This document shows positions 28,622 to 42,667 of a stretch of DNA of 64,000 nucleotides, in pieces. The notes below the pieces were generated by a model that worked only from the letters and a program-made list of their open reading frames with translations, did not search any database and was not told the origin of the DNA. The translations under genes and the position numbers were made by a program. The stretch's first letter is position 1. Every line of letters starts with the position of its first letter. This stretch comes from an uncultured Actinomycetota bacterium (lineage in GTDB: Bacteria; Actinomycetota; UBA4738; HRBIN12): NCBI GenBank assembly GCA_963762015.1, contig CAVXJL010000012.1, positions 214,668 through 278,667 of the forward strand, written 5' to 3'.

Positions 28622-28971
28622 GACCAGTCGATCGCGACGGGAAGCGAGCTCCGCCCCCAGCCGCTCAGGTCCCCGCCGTCGCGGGGCCGGTACTTCTCGA
28701 GGACGAGCCGTCGCGCCAAGGCGTCCTCCGCTGGATCCGTCACGACCCGGGCCCTCGTGTTCCTCCTCACGTCACCGATCTCGAGGACGACCTCGGGCGA
28801 GATCATCACGTTCCTGACCCAGTCCGAACGGTCACCTCCGCCGGACAGGAGGTACGCCGTGCCTTCCGCGAGCGCGAACCAGATCTCGATCCGATGCGGG
28901 GTCCCGGTGTGGCGCCCGGTGGTGGTCAGGTAGCAGTAGTCGAGGTCGGCGAGCGGCCGGACATCGGTCAC
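28618..28971 (-). CDS. Deazaflavin (F420)-dependent nitroreductase-family protein
   Basis: LTTTGRHTG, IEIWF and SDWVRN. Confidence 0.8.
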   Translation of the reverse strand: MTDVRPLADLDYCYLTTTGRHTGTPHRIEIWFALAEGTAYLLSGGGDRSDWVRNVMISPEVVLEIGDVRRNTRARVVTDPAEDALARRLVLEKYRPRDGGDLSGWGRSSLPVAIDWS

Positions 28972-29075
28972 AGCACCGCCCACAGCACGAGGCCGACGAT
29001 CACCAGGAGTGCGACCCCGGCGATGACCAGATCTGCCTTCTTCACCTTCCCCGGCTGCATCGCGTTGAAGCCCAT
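28968..29075 (-). CDS. 35-aa single-TM small protein (missing from the ORF track)
   Basis: MGFNAMQPGKVKKADLVIAGVALLVIVGLVLWAVL; GAGGAG RBS; GTGA overlap with the next gene. Confidence 0.7.
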   Translation of the reverse strand: MGFNAMQPGKVKKADLVIAGVALLVIVGLVLWAVL

Positions 29076-29078
29076 CGT

Positions 29079-29309
29079 CTACTCCTCGACCGTTCCCTCG
29101 ACCGAGTCCTCGATCCGGTAGTACTCGCGGAACTTCTCCGGTGACAGCCAGTAGATGTGCTGGCGCACCGTCGACGCGTACGTCCGCGCCTCCGCGCCGT
29201 CATGACAAGCACGCTCCGCCACCACTTCGCCCGCGGGGTTGAGGATCGCGACACGCCAGGCGCCCTCCTCATCTCGGACCTCGACGCCGAAGCCGCTCTC
29301 GACCGCCAT
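29079..29309 (-). CDS. Small hypothetical protein
   Basis: Operonic spacing and codon bias; ASTVRQHIYWLS..KFREYYRI. Confidence 0.7.
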   Translation of the reverse strand: MAVESGFGVEVRDEEGAWRVAILNPAGEVVAERACHDGAEARTYASTVRQHIYWLSPEKFREYYRIEDSVEGTVEE

Positions 29310-29322
29310 CGCGATCACCCCG

Positions 29323-29610
29323 TCAGCCCTGCCGGACGAGGTTCCGATGCAGCCGCCCGAGCTGGGTCTTGATCTCCCCCAGCACGCTCGCTTCATCCAA
29401 CGTGAACGCCGGGTGGAGCGACGCGACCCGTTCGAGAGCCCGCTCGAAGCCCGTCCCCAGACGTTCCACCTCGCGCAACGACTCGACCAGCATGGCCGCG
29501 TAGTCGGCATTGAACGGCTCGCCGTCCCAAGGGCACTCCCCACCGAGGTCGACGACCTGCTCCGCGAGGAACTCCCGGCCGTCCCGTTTGCAGGTCCCCT
29601 TGATCTTCAC
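29323..29610 (-). CDS. Small hypothetical protein with CxxD...CxxD motif (read in frame with the upstream receiver in this assembly)
   Basis: Own AAGGAG RBS before GTG at 29610; CKRD and CPWD. Confidence 0.6.
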   Translation of the reverse strand: MKIKGTCKRDGREFLAEQVVDLGGECPWDGEPFNADYAAMLVESLREVERLGTGFERALERVASLHPAFTLDEASVLGEIKTQLGRLHRNLVRQG

Positions 29611-30063
29611 GCGCTCTCCTTCTCTGTTTTCTCTTGTCTTTGGCTCTGTCTTTGGCTCTGTCTTTGGCTCTGTCTTTGGCTCTGTCTTTCGCCCGGTCAC
29701 GAGATCGAGCAGCCGGTCGGCCAACTCGAACGGATCCACGGGCTTCACGAACCACGCGTCGGCTCCCGACCACTTCGCGAGCCAGGCGTCGTGCTTGCGA
29801 TCCAGCAAGATGACGATCACTCCGGTGTAGGGCTCCATGTCGTCCCGAAGCGTCCTGGCGAGCCCGAAGGCTCCGGCACGGGACGCGATCTCGTCCGCCA
29901 CGATCACATCCGGGCGATCCCGGAGTGCCGCCGTCGTCCCCAACTCACCGTTGCGTGCGGCGCGGAAACGCAACTCTTGACCGAGCCGGCGCTCGATGCT
30001 CCGCACCGACAGCGCCATCAGCTGGCGGGAGCGCTCGTCCGGCGACACTAGCAGGACGTCCAC
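29607..30063 (-). CDS. Stand-alone receiver (REC) domain protein with KTEP tail; apparent +1 frameshift at 29634-29635
   Basis: [23 protein letters not shown]; removing one A gives [10 protein letters not shown] with a GTGA overlap. Confidence 0.75.
29635..29689. repeat. 12-bp tandem repeat (GGCTCTGTCTTT)x4 plus a partial copy
   Basis: Four exact copies at 29642-29689 encoding (KTEP)n. Confidence 0.95.
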
Positions 30064-30207
30064 GCACGCGATGCTACTCGCTACCGCCCCGCCCGCGGTC
30101 TTTGAACGATCGCGGGCGGCCCGTTACGCTCGGCCCCGTCGGGCCCGCCGCCTGCCCGCTTCCCCACGATCTCGAGCGGCTCGGATCGGAACTCGAGGAG
30201 GGCACGG

Positions 30208-30900
30208 ATGGAGAGTCTCGGCAAGGCAGCGGTCGCGGAGTTCGTCGCGACCTTCGCGCTCATCTTCGTGGGTGCGGGCGCGGTGATCCTCGCGGTTGGA
30301 ACGGGCCAGCTCGACCTCGTGGGGGTCGCGCTGGCACACGGCCTCGTCCTGGCGGTCATGATCTCGGTCACCGGCCACATCTCCGGCGGCCTGATCAACC
30401 CCGCCGTCACGATCGCCCTCTGGACGGCCGGCAAGATCTCCACGCAGCGCGGCGCCGTCCTGATCGTTGCGCAGATGCTCGGCGCGGTCGCGGGCGCGCT
30501 CCTCGTCCGCTTCGTAGTCGGAGGCGGTCTCTTCGACGCGGGCGGCGCCGGCGCGCCGGCGCTCGGACCCGACGTCGCGGTCGGCAAAGGGATCGTCCTC
30601 GAGGCGATCCTCACGTTCTTCCTCGTCTTCGTGGTGTTCGGCACCGCGGTCGACGACCGAGGGCCCTGGAACAAGACCGCCGGCTTCACGATCGGTCTGA
30701 CGATCGCGTTCGACATCCTCGCCTTCGGACCGTTCACCGGCGCCGCGATGAATCCGGCGCGCTGGTTCGGACCCGCGCTGGTCGGTGGCCTCTGGGACGA
30801 CGCGCTCGTGTGGATCATCGGCCCGATCGCCGGGGGGATCATCGCCGGCGTCTTGTACACCACCGTGTTCCTCCGCGGGAAGGAACCGGCCACGCCGTAG
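30208..30900 (+). CDS. MIP-family aquaporin
   Basis: [10 protein letters not shown] and [12 protein letters not shown] (two NPA motifs). Confidence 0.92.
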   Translation: MESLGKAAVAEFVATFALIFVGAGAVILAVGTGQLDLVGVALAHGLVLAVMISVTGHISGGLINPAVTIALWTAGKISTQRGAVLIVAQMLGAVAGALLVRFVVGGGLFDAGGAGAPALGPDVAVGKGIVLEAILTFFLVFVVFGTAVDDRGPWNKTAGFTIGLTIAFDILAFGPFTGAAMNPARWFGPALVGGLWDDALVWIIGPIAGGIIAGVLYTTVFLRGKEPATP

Positions 30901-30950
30901 CCCCCGAAGACCACGGATCGGAGACGGCAGCCGGGTACCCTGAGGCGGCG

Positions 30951-32138
30951 ATGGTCGCCGACCTCTATCTCGACTCGGCCTCGGCCACTCCCCTGCTGCC
31001 CGAGGCGCGCGAGGCCGTGCTCGCGGCCCTCGACGTGTACGGCGACCCGTTGTCGATCCACACCACAGGGCGGGGAGCTCGCGCGCTCCTGGACGGATCC
31101 CGCGAGCAGGTCGCCGGGGCGATCGGTGCCCAGCCGGACGAGATCGTGTTCACGTCGGGCGGTACGGAGTCGATCGCCCTTTCGATCTGGGGCGGCGTGC
31201 GGGCCGTGCGCGAGCTCGGTACCAGGATCGTCCTCGGGGCCGTCGAGCACCCCGCGGTCGGGGGCGTCGCCCATTCGCTCGAGTCGGACGGCTTCGAGGT
31301 CGTGACCATCCCGGTCGACCGGTACGGCCGGGTCGACCTGGATCGCTACGCGGCAGAGGTGAGGACACCGGGAACGCTGCTCGCCTCGGTCCAACACGCG
31401 AACCACGAGCTCGGGACGATCCAGCAGGTCGCCGAGGCCGCCCGCCTCGCGCGCGAGGCGGGCGTCCGCTTCCACACCGACGCGTGTCAGACTGTGGGTC
31501 GTCTCCCCGTCGATGCGCCGGCGCTCGGTGTCGACCTCCTCTCGCTCTCCGCGCACAAGTTCGGCGGCCCGCCGGGCGTCGGAGCGCTCTACGTGCGCCG
31601 CGGGCTTGGGATCACCGCCTACCCCTGCGGCGACGACCGCGAGCGGAAGCGCCGCTCGGGGATGGAGAACACCCCGGGCATCGCAGGCATGGCGGCGGCG
31701 CTCACCGCGTCGCTCGCCACCATGAGTGACCGAGCGGCCGCGCACTGGTCGATCACCGCCGGCCTGAGAGATCGCATCGCGACAGAAGTGCCGGGGGCGA
31801 CCGTCCACGGTCATCCGACGCACCGGACGCCTCACCTCGTGGGGTTCAGCGTCGCCGGGCTCGACCCGGCGACGCTGATGATGACCCTCGACGATCGCGG
31901 GTTCCGCGTGGGCGCGGGCTCGCTCTGCAGCGGCCGGCCGGAGGACGCCTCCCCCGTTCTCGAGCAGATCGGCTACCCGGGGATCACGGGGTTCCGAGTG
32001 AGCCTCGGAGACGGCGTGTCGGAGCGCCACGTCGACGAGCTGGTGGGCGTGCTCTCCGGGACGGTCGGAGAGCTCCAGCGGATGGAGAGCGCTTCCGCCG
32101 AAGCCCTCGCGCGGTTCAGCCTTCCGGGGGACGCATAG
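30951..32138 (+). CDS. Cysteine desulfurase (NifS/IscS-like)
   Basis: [24 protein letters not shown] and GSLCS. Confidence 0.88.
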   Translation: MVADLYLDSASATPLLPEAREAVLAALDVYGDPLSIHTTGRGARALLDGSREQVAGAIGAQPDEIVFTSGGTESIALSIWGGVRAVRELGTRIVLGAVEHPAVGGVAHSLESDGFEVVTIPVDRYGRVDLDRYAAEVRTPGTLLASVQHANHELGTIQQVAEAARLAREAGVRFHTDACQTVGRLPVDAPALGVDLLSLSAHKFGGPPGVGALYVRRGLGITAYPCGDDRERKRRSGMENTPGIAGMAAALTASLATMSDRAAAHWSITAGLRDRIATEVPGATVHGHPTHRTPHLVGFSVAGLDPATLMMTLDDRGFRVGAGSLCSGRPEDASPVLEQIGYPGITGFRVSLGDGVSERHVDELVGVLSGTVGELQRMESASAEALARFSLPGDA

Positions 32139-32160
32139 CCCCGCCTGAACCGCGGGGCTA
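32136..32160. terminator. Hairpin spanning both stop codons of convergent genes
   Basis: TAGCCCCGC-CTGAACC-GCGGGGCTA. Confidence 0.55.
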
Positions 32161-33204
32161 CTCCACCGTCCAGGTGTCCCCGGAGTGGAGCAGCGCCCCC
32201 AGGTCGCCCGCGCCGAGACGTTCGGTGGCCGCCTGCAGTTGATGCTGGATCGCCTGCCCGTAGACCGGACGCTCGATCTCGTGGAACACGCCGATGGCCG
32301 ACGGCTCGTCAGGTCCGTGCGACAGGTGCGCGAGGGCGAAGGCGAGGGACGGTCGCCCGTGCGGATCGTGGACGACGATGCTGGCCGGATCGGTCTCGGC
32401 CGTCACCGCGATCTCGTAACGGCCGTTGTCCCCGATCCGTACGCACCGGTTCCCGTCGTCGAACACGATCGGCTGACCCTCCTCGAGCCGGATCTGGTTG
32501 TGCTTGCCCTGGGACTTCTCGCGGAGGAGGTCGAACGCCCCGTCATTGAAGACGTTGCAGTTCTGGTAGATCTCGACGAACGCGGTCCCTTTGTGCTGGG
32601 CGGCTCGCCGAAGGACCTCCGTCAGGTGCTGTCGATCGTTGTCCAGCGTCCGCGCCACGAACGTCGCCTCAACGCCGAGAGCGAGCGCGATCGGGTTGAA
32701 GGGGTGATCGACCGACCCGAACGGCGTCGACTTCGTGACCTTGCCCTCTTCCGACGTGGGCGAGTACTGGCCCTTCGTCAGGCCGTAGATCTGGTTGTTG
32801 AACAGCAGGATCTTGATGTCCACGTTGCGCCGCAGCGCGTGGATCAGATGGTTGCCGCCGATCGAGAGCCCATCGCCGTCGCCGGTGACCACCCAGACCG
32901 AGAGCTCGGGGTTCGCGACCGCGATGCCCGTCGCGAGAGCGGGCGCCCTCCCGTGGATCCCGTGCATCCCGTACGTATCCATGTAGTACGTGAACCGGCC
33001 GCTGCAGCCGATCCCTGACACGAACACGGTCTTGTGGGGCTCGATGCCGAGCTCCGGCATGAACGCCTGCACCGTCGACAGGATCGCGTAGTCGCCGCAG
33101 CCGGGGCACCATCGCGGCTCCTGGTCGGACGTGAAGTCCTTCTTCGTGAGCGTCCGCGCCGCCTCGCCCGGCGCCTGACCGCCGTTCTGGATCACGTCAC
33201 TCAT
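32158..33204 (-). CDS. korB: 2-oxoacid:ferredoxin oxidoreductase beta subunit
   Basis: WCPGCGDY, GIGCSGR, GDGDGLSIGGNH and GLTKGQYSPT. Confidence 0.92.
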   Translation of the reverse strand: MSDVIQNGGQAPGEAARTLTKKDFTSDQEPRWCPGCGDYAILSTVQAFMPELGIEPHKTVFVSGIGCSGRFTYYMDTYGMHGIHGRAPALATGIAVANPELSVWVVTGDGDGLSIGGNHLIHALRRNVDIKILLFNNQIYGLTKGQYSPTSEEGKVTKSTPFGSVDHPFNPIALALGVEATFVARTLDNDRQHLTEVLRRAAQHKGTAFVEIYQNCNVFNDGAFDLLREKSQGKHNQIRLEEGQPIVFDDGNRCVRIGDNGRYEIAVTAETDPASIVVHDPHGRPSLAFALAHLSHGPDEPSAIGVFHEIERPVYGQAIQHQLQAATERLGAGDLGALLHSGDTWTVE

Positions 33205-35032
33205 CGAGCACCCTCGCGATCTCGCGTTCGAGCTCCTCGGCGAAGATCGGGAGCCCCTGGACCTTCGTGTAGGACTGCGCGTCCACGAGGAACTTCGCGC
33301 GGAGCAGGGCGGCGAGCTGTCCCATGTTCATCTCGGGGATCAGTACCTTCGGGTACTTCCGGACGACCTCGCCGGTGTTGGCAGGGAACGGGTTCAGGTG
33401 CCGGAGATGGGCCGTCGCGACTTTCTGGCCGTTCGCTCTCGCGCGAGCTACGGACGCCGTGATCGTGCCGAGGGACGAGCCCCAGCCGAGGACCAGCAGG
33501 TCTGCCTCGCCGGAGGGATCCTCGACATCGAGCGACGGGATGTCGTCCGCGATGCCGTCGACCTTGGCTTGCCGGAGGCGGGTCATCAGCTCGTGGTTCG
33601 CCGCGTCGTAGCTGATGTTGCCGGTTCCGTCCTGCCGCTCGAGCCCGCCGATCCGGTGGACGAGCCCCGGGGTGCCGGGGATGGCCCACGGCCGCGCGAG
33701 CCTGTCGTCGCGGGAGTAGGGCAGGAAGTCCGCGCCGTTCGGCGTCGCGAACGCGGGATCGATCTCCGGCAGGCTCTCCACGTCGGGGATCGGCCAAGGT
33801 TCCGACGAGTTGGCGAGGAACGTGTCGGACAGCAGGATCACCGGGGTGCGGTAACGGACCGCGATCCGCGCAGCCTCGATCGCCGCCGAGAAGCACTCCG
33901 CGGGCGTGGAGGCGGACACGATCGGGAGCGGTGACTCGCCGTGGCGGCCATACATCGCCAGCAGGAGGTCGGCCTGCTCGGTCTTCGTGGGCATCCCGGT
34001 CGAGGGGCCCGCTCGTTGCACGTCCACGATGATCATCGGCAGTTCCATGATGACCGCGAGCCCCACCGTCTCGGCCTTCAGGTCCACACCGGGGCCGCTC
34101 GTTCCCGTCACGGCGAGCTGACCGCTGAATGCCGCACCAAGGGCGATGTTGGCCGCGGCGATCTCATCCTCCGCCTGGATCGTGACGACGCCGAAGTTCT
34201 TGTGGCGCGAGAGCTCGTGAAGGAGCTCGGAGGCGGGCGTGATCGGGTAGCTCGCGTAGAGCAGCGGCAACCCGCTGCGCTGCGAGGCCGCGATCAGCCC
34301 CCAGGCGAGCGCGGTGGCGCCGTCGATGTTGCGGTAGGTCCCCGGGGCCTGAGGAGCGGCCTCCACCTTGTAGGACTCGGCGAACAGCTCCGTCGTCTCG
34401 CCGAAGTGGTAGCCGGCCTTGAAGGCCGCGACGTTCGCGTCGAAGATCTCCTGGCGGGAGCCGAACTTCTTCTCCAGCCAGCCGAGCGTCGTCTCGGTCG
34501 GGCGGCCGAACATCCACGACACGAGGCCGAGGGCGAACATGTTCTTGGCCCGCTCGGCCTCCTTCTTCCCGATCCCGATGTCCTCGGTCGCGCGGACCGT
34601 GATGGACGTCATAGGCACCTTGTAGACCTGGTAGCCGTCGAGCGTCCCGTCCTGCGTCGGGTCGGCCGTGTAGCCGGCCTTCTCGATGTTCCGCTGGGTG
34701 AACGAGTCCTCGTTCAGCACCAGCACGCCTCCCCTCGCGACCGTCTCCAGGTCGGCTTTGAGCGCCGCCGGGTTCATCGCGACGAGGACGTCGGCGTGGT
34801 CGCCGGGCGTGGTGATGTCGCTCGAGGCGAACTGGATCTGGAAGGCCGAGACGCCGTGGACCGTTCCCGCGGGCGCCCGGATCTCGGCCGGGAAATCCGG
34901 CAATGTCGCGAGGTCGTTGCCGAGCACGGCTGTCGCACTGGTGAATCGGTCGCCGGTGAGCTGCATGCCGTCCCCCGAGTCGCCGGCGAAGCGCACGACG
35001 ATCCGCTCGCGTTCCTTGACGGGTTTGCTCAT
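33197..35032 (-). CDS. korA: 2-oxoacid:ferredoxin oxidoreductase alpha subunit
   Basis: FAGDSGDGMQL, YPITPAS, QAEDEI and QRAGPSTGMPTK. Confidence 0.92.
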   Translation of the reverse strand: MSKPVKERERIVVRFAGDSGDGMQLTGDRFTSATAVLGNDLATLPDFPAEIRAPAGTVHGVSAFQIQFASSDITTPGDHADVLVAMNPAALKADLETVARGGVLVLNEDSFTQRNIEKAGYTADPTQDGTLDGYQVYKVPMTSITVRATEDIGIGKKEAERAKNMFALGLVSWMFGRPTETTLGWLEKKFGSRQEIFDANVAAFKAGYHFGETTELFAESYKVEAAPQAPGTYRNIDGATALAWGLIAASQRSGLPLLYASYPITPASELLHELSRHKNFGVVTIQAEDEIAAANIALGAAFSGQLAVTGTSGPGVDLKAETVGLAVIMELPMIIVDVQRAGPSTGMPTKTEQADLLLAMYGRHGESPLPIVSASTPAECFSAAIEAARIAVRYRTPVILLSDTFLANSSEPWPIPDVESLPEIDPAFATPNGADFLPYSRDDRLARPWAIPGTPGLVHRIGGLERQDGTGNISYDAANHELMTRLRQAKVDGIADDIPSLDVEDPSGEADLLVLGWGSSLGTITASVARARANGQKVATAHLRHLNPFPANTGEVVRKYPKVLIPEMNMGQLAALLRAKFLVDAQSYTKVQGLPIFAEELEREIARVLDE

Positions 35033-35093
35033 CCCAGACACCCTACTGCGCGACTTCAGCTCTGACGGGTCCCCGATTGGTAGTTTCTGCCGC

Positions 35094-36014
35094 ATGCGGA
35101 CACGGAAGCTCGGAGCGCACGGTCCAGAGATCTCGGTGATCGGCTTCGGGGCGTGGGAGGCGGGTGGCACCGCCTGGGGCCCCAACGAGTCCGAAGAGGT
35201 GATCATCGAGGCGATCCGGGCGGGCATCGACGCCGGCATCGGCTGGATCGACACCGCCGAGGTGTACGGCGACGGCGTGTCCGAGCTCCTGGTGGGCCGC
35301 GCGATCGCGGGGCGGCGGGACGAAGTCGTCATCGCGAGCAAGGTTGCGCCGCAACCTGAAGGAACCGGCTTCGCACCGGCGCAGGTCCGGACCGCGTGCG
35401 AGAAGAGCCTCGGCCGACTGGGGATCGACCGCATCGACCTCTACCAGCTCCACTGGCTCGATGAGAGCGGGATCCCGTTAGAGGACACGTGGGGAGCGAT
35501 GTGCGAGCTCCAGGACGCAGGGTTGATCGGAGCCATGGGCGTCTCGAACTTCGAACGAGAGCAGATCGAGACGTGCCTCGCGATCCGCCATGTCGATTCG
35601 CTCCAGCCGGAGTTCTCGATGCTCGAGCGGAAGCATGAGGACTTGATCCGATGGTGCGGCGACGAAGGGATCGGCGTCGTGGCCTACGGGCCGCTCGCCT
35701 TCGGACTTCTCACCGGTGCGATCACCGCCGAGACGAACTTCGCGGCGGGCGATTGGCGGGGGAACAAGCAGGACGACGGCCCGTTCGCGGAGCTCGCTCG
35801 TTCGCTCGAGGTCGTCGACCGCATCCGGCCGGTCGCGGAGCGGCTCGGATGCACCCTGTCCCAGCTCGCGCTGGCCTGGAACGTTCACCAAGGCGGCGTC
35901 ACGGCCGCGATCGCCGGGAGCCGCAACCCAGCCCACGTCCGCGCGAACGCCGCCGCGGGGGACATCGAGCTGGACTCGACGGTGCTCGCGGAGCTGGACG
36001 CGATCCTCGCCTGA
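35094..36014 (+). CDS. Aldo/keto reductase
   Basis: IDTAEVYG, IDLYQLHW and GVSNF. Confidence 0.92.
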   Translation: MRTRKLGAHGPEISVIGFGAWEAGGTAWGPNESEEVIIEAIRAGIDAGIGWIDTAEVYGDGVSELLVGRAIAGRRDEVVIASKVAPQPEGTGFAPAQVRTACEKSLGRLGIDRIDLYQLHWLDESGIPLEDTWGAMCELQDAGLIGAMGVSNFEREQIETCLAIRHVDSLQPEFSMLERKHEDLIRWCGDEGIGVVAYGPLAFGLLTGAITAETNFAAGDWRGNKQDDGPFAELARSLEVVDRIRPVAERLGCTLSQLALAWNVHQGGVTAAIAGSRNPAHVRANAAAGDIELDSTVLAELDAILA

Positions 36015-36518
36015 TCAGCCGACGGGCGTGCCGGGCTGGACCTGGCGGAGCCTCCGCGCGAGCCCCTCGAGCAGACCCATCGCGAGGGCGGGCTCCTGCT
36101 CCACCATCCTCTGGAGGGTGTGCCGGAAGACACGGAGGACCTCCACGGGCGTCTCCGGTACGACCGATGCGGTCCGTGGACCGCCGTCAAGCGCCGAGAG
36201 CTCCCCGAAGAAGTCTCCGGGGATGAGCGAGCCCACCTTCCGGCCGGCTCGCACGACCCGTGCCGTCCCGGTCAGGACCACGAACAGCGCCTCGCCCGCC
36301 TGCCCTTCCTCCACGATCGCCCTTCCGGGTCCGAACGCGACCCCGTCGGCCTCTCTCGCCAGGCGCCGCAGATGCCGCTTCGAGAACCCGTCGAACAGCG
36401 GCACCGCCCTGAGGGCCGCTACCGAGCGCCGGAGCGTGGCGTGTGGATGCGCTGCGGATCCGCCGGATCCGTCCTGGGCGGAGCGGAGGACCGTATCCCG
36501 CGTCGGCACCGCGCGCAT
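36015..36518 (-). CDS. Stand-alone cyclic-nucleotide-binding domain protein
   Basis: LRAVPLF, PGDFFGELSALDGGPRTASV; no HTH. Confidence 0.8.
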   Translation of the reverse strand: MRAVPTRDTVLRSAQDGSGGSAAHPHATLRRSVAALRAVPLFDGFSKRHLRRLAREADGVAFGPGRAIVEEGQAGEALFVVLTGTARVVRAGRKVGSLIPGDFFGELSALDGGPRTASVVPETPVEVLRVFRHTLQRMVEQEPALAMGLLEGLARRLRQVQPGTPVG

Positions 36519-36585
36519 CGTCGGAGCGTACTCCCCGCACGCCGATCGTGCAGGGCGTATCCGTTCGCGGCGGTAATGTTGAGCG

Positions 36586-40215
<3,630 letters not shown>

Positions 40216-40261
40216 CGCTGGGTCCCCCGCGGACCGTACCGCTGCTGATAGCGTCCCCGCC

Positions 40262-41516
40262 ATGACGCAGACGTACTGGCATCCGTTCGCGGACATGGCG
40301 GCCGTCGTGTCCGGAGGGGAGCTCGTCCTCGATCGAGGGTGACGGCTGCTACGTTTGGGACCTCGACGGGAAGCGCTACCTCGATGCGACGGCGTCCCTC
40401 TGGTACTGCAACGTGGGCTGGGGTCGGCCGGAGATCGGCGAGGCGGCGGCGGCCCAGATGGCGAAGCTCCCGACGTACTCCAACTTCGGCGACATCGTGG
40501 TCCCGGTGACCCTCGAGCTCGCCGACCGGGTGGCCTCGATCGCCCCGGTTCACGACTCCAAGGTGTTCCTCACGAGCGGCGGCTCCGACTCGATCGACAC
40601 CGCGACCAAGATGGCCCGCCACTACTGGCAGCTCGTCGGGGAGCCCGACCGCACGATCCTGATCCGCCGCGAGAAGGCCTACCACGGGATGCATACCGGC
40701 GGGACCTCGCTCGCGGGCATCCCCGCGAACGCCACCGGGCACGGCTCGCTGATCGAGGACGTCCTGGAGGTGCCTTGGGACGACGCGGACTCGCTCCGGG
40801 CCGCGATCGAGGACGTCGGGCAGGATCGCGTCGCCGCGTTCTTCTGCGAGCCGGTGATCGGCGCGGGGGGTGTGCATCCGCCTCCGGACGGATATCTCGA
40901 GGCGGCTCGCCAGGTCTGCCGGGACACCGACGTCCTGTTCGTCGCCGACGAGGTGATCACAGGGTTCGGACGCTGCGGCGACTGGTTCGCGTCCACGCGA
41001 TTCGGTTTGGGGCCGGACATCGTCGTCTGCGCGAAAGGCATCACGAGCGGATATCTGCCGCTCGGCGCGGTGCTGGCATCCCCCCGCGTCGTCGAACCTT
41101 TCTGGTCCGAGAGCGCGGGCATGTGGCGACACGGCTACACGTACAGTGGCCACGCGGCCGTCGCGGCGGCAGCGCTGGTGAACATCGACATCCTCGAGAA
41201 CGAGGGTCTCCCTGCGAGGTCGAAGGCGATGGAGGGCTCGCTGGTCGACGCCCTCAAGCAACTGACCGATCACGATCTCGTCGAGGACGTGCGAGGTGGC
41301 GTGGGGATGCTCGCGGCAGTCAGCCTCCGTCAAGATCTGGTGGCCGATGATCCGGCGCTCGGAGCGCGGGTGGGCGCCGCGACTCGACAGGCGGGCGTCC
41401 TGGTCCGTCCGTTGGTGGGGGGGGCGCTCGCCGTCAGTCCACCCTTGATCCTCGAGGAGTCGCAGCTCCAAGAGATCGTCGACGGGATCCGCGCGGGCCT
41501 CGACGCGGTCGTCTAA
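40262..41516 (+). CDS. Class III (omega) aminotransferase, apparent +1 frameshift at 40337-40339
   Basis: YWHPFADM...DRG[+G]DGCYVWDLDGKRYLD, ADEVITGFGR, AKGITSGYLP and HGYTYSGH. Confidence 0.85.
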
Positions 41517-41558
41517 CAGCGGCTGGACCGCTGTTCCGTGCGGGCGTACGGTTCGATC

Positions 41559-42218
41559 GTGGACACGATCGTTCGTCCTCCCGACACGATCGGATCCCTT
41601 CAACCACCGGCTCGCCGTCGATGGGTGCGACGCTTCATGATCTCCACGATCGCGGTCGTGGTGGGAGTCCTCCTCTTCTCGGGCGCCTATCTGTCGCGCT
41701 ACCAACCGCTGAGTGCGAGTGGCACCGGGGCGTGGTGGGTAGACCCTCGGTTCGCCACCGAACTCGGGACATTCACCCCACCGATCGGTGATGACTTCTC
41801 CGCCTACCGCGTCCGATATGAAGACGGGCGCACGTTCCGGTATGCGATGTCCCTGTACAACGACGGGCCGCTCCCCGTCACGATCACCACCATCGGAGCA
41901 CCCCAGTGCGACGGCTGTGTCTTCCCTCTCGTCTTCGAACGGTCATTCGTCGGTCCGGCACAGGGCCGACATCTGTTCGATGTTCGACATGTCGAACCGT
42001 TCGAACCGTTCGTGCTCGGATCGGGCGACTTCCGCCTCTTCCTCGTCCAGGATCGCTTCGACCATTGTGAGGCCCACGAAGCCGGGGTGACGTTCGGGTT
42101 CACGTCGATCCCGATCACGTACCGCACGGGCCCCGTGCATCACTCGGTTCGATTGCCCATGAGGTTCAGCCTCGAAGTGCTGATCGAGCCGAGCGGCTGC
42201 CCTCAGGGGATGCGGTAG
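41559..42218 (+). CDS. Hypothetical membrane-anchored exported protein
   Basis: Basic patch plus one TM helix, then a beta-rich domain with 4 Cys. Confidence 0.6.
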   Translation: MDTIVRPPDTIGSLQPPARRRWVRRFMISTIAVVVGVLLFSGAYLSRYQPLSASGTGAWWVDPRFATELGTFTPPIGDDFSAYRVRYEDGRTFRYAMSLYNDGPLPVTITTIGAPQCDGCVFPLVFERSFVGPAQGRHLFDVRHVEPFEPFVLGSGDFRLFLVQDRFDHCEAHEAGVTFGFTSIPITYRTGPVHHSVRLPMRFSLEVLIEPSGCPQGMR

Positions 42219-42254
42219 GAGAGATCGGGGCTCGTCGGTGGAGCGCCGGCCGGG

Positions 42255-42641
42255 TTAGTGGAACGAGTGGCCGCAGGCGCACGAGCTCTGCGCGGCCGGA
42301 TTGTCGATCGTGAACCCTGAGGCCTCCAGCGAATCCACCCAATCGATCGTGGCTTGGGAGAGATAGGGGACGCTCATCTTGTCCACGACGACCTTGACGC
42401 CGAACTGCTCCTCCAGCAGATCCTTCTCGGAGACCTGATCGTCGAGATACATCGCGTAGCGGAGTCCGGAGCAGCCACCCGGCTGCACCGCGATCCGGAG
42501 CGCGATCTCGGGGCGGCCCTCTTCCGTGATGAGCTTCTGGACCTCACCGGCGGCCATCTCCGTGAGCTGGATCGACTTCTGGGTCGTCTGCGGTGTCGTC
42601 TCTTCGGCGGTCTGGGCCATCGTGTCTCCCGTCGATGTCAT
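42255..42641 (-). CDS. HesB/IscA (A-type) Fe-S carrier
   Basis: PGGCSGLRY and SCACGHSF. Confidence 0.92.
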   Translation of the reverse strand: MTSTGDTMAQTAEETTPQTTQKSIQLTEMAAGEVQKLITEEGRPEIALRIAVQPGGCSGLRYAMYLDDQVSEKDLLEEQFGVKVVVDKMSVPYLSQATIDWVDSLEASGFTIDNPAAQSSCACGHSFH

Positions 42642-42667
42642 GCCCGAGATTCTACCCTCCGTCGGCG

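Noticed and set aside
29635-29689. Repeat array as a mini-CRISPR
   Set aside because: No spacers, a 12-bp unit inside a CDS, and no cas genes
36519-36585. Cobalamin/SAM riboswitch before metH (and glycine riboswitch before gcvT, 63440-63512)
   Set aside because: The intergenic gaps are only about 70 bp, occupied by divergent promoters, with no aptamer motifs
40337-40342. TGA as selenocysteine in the aminotransferase
   Set aside because: The downstream homology is in a different frame; a one-base insertion explains it
42649-42665. Possible third IscR-like site before iscA (ATTCTAC-N5-GTCGG)
   Set aside because: The spacer is 5 rather than 7 and one half is simply the -10 element; too weak
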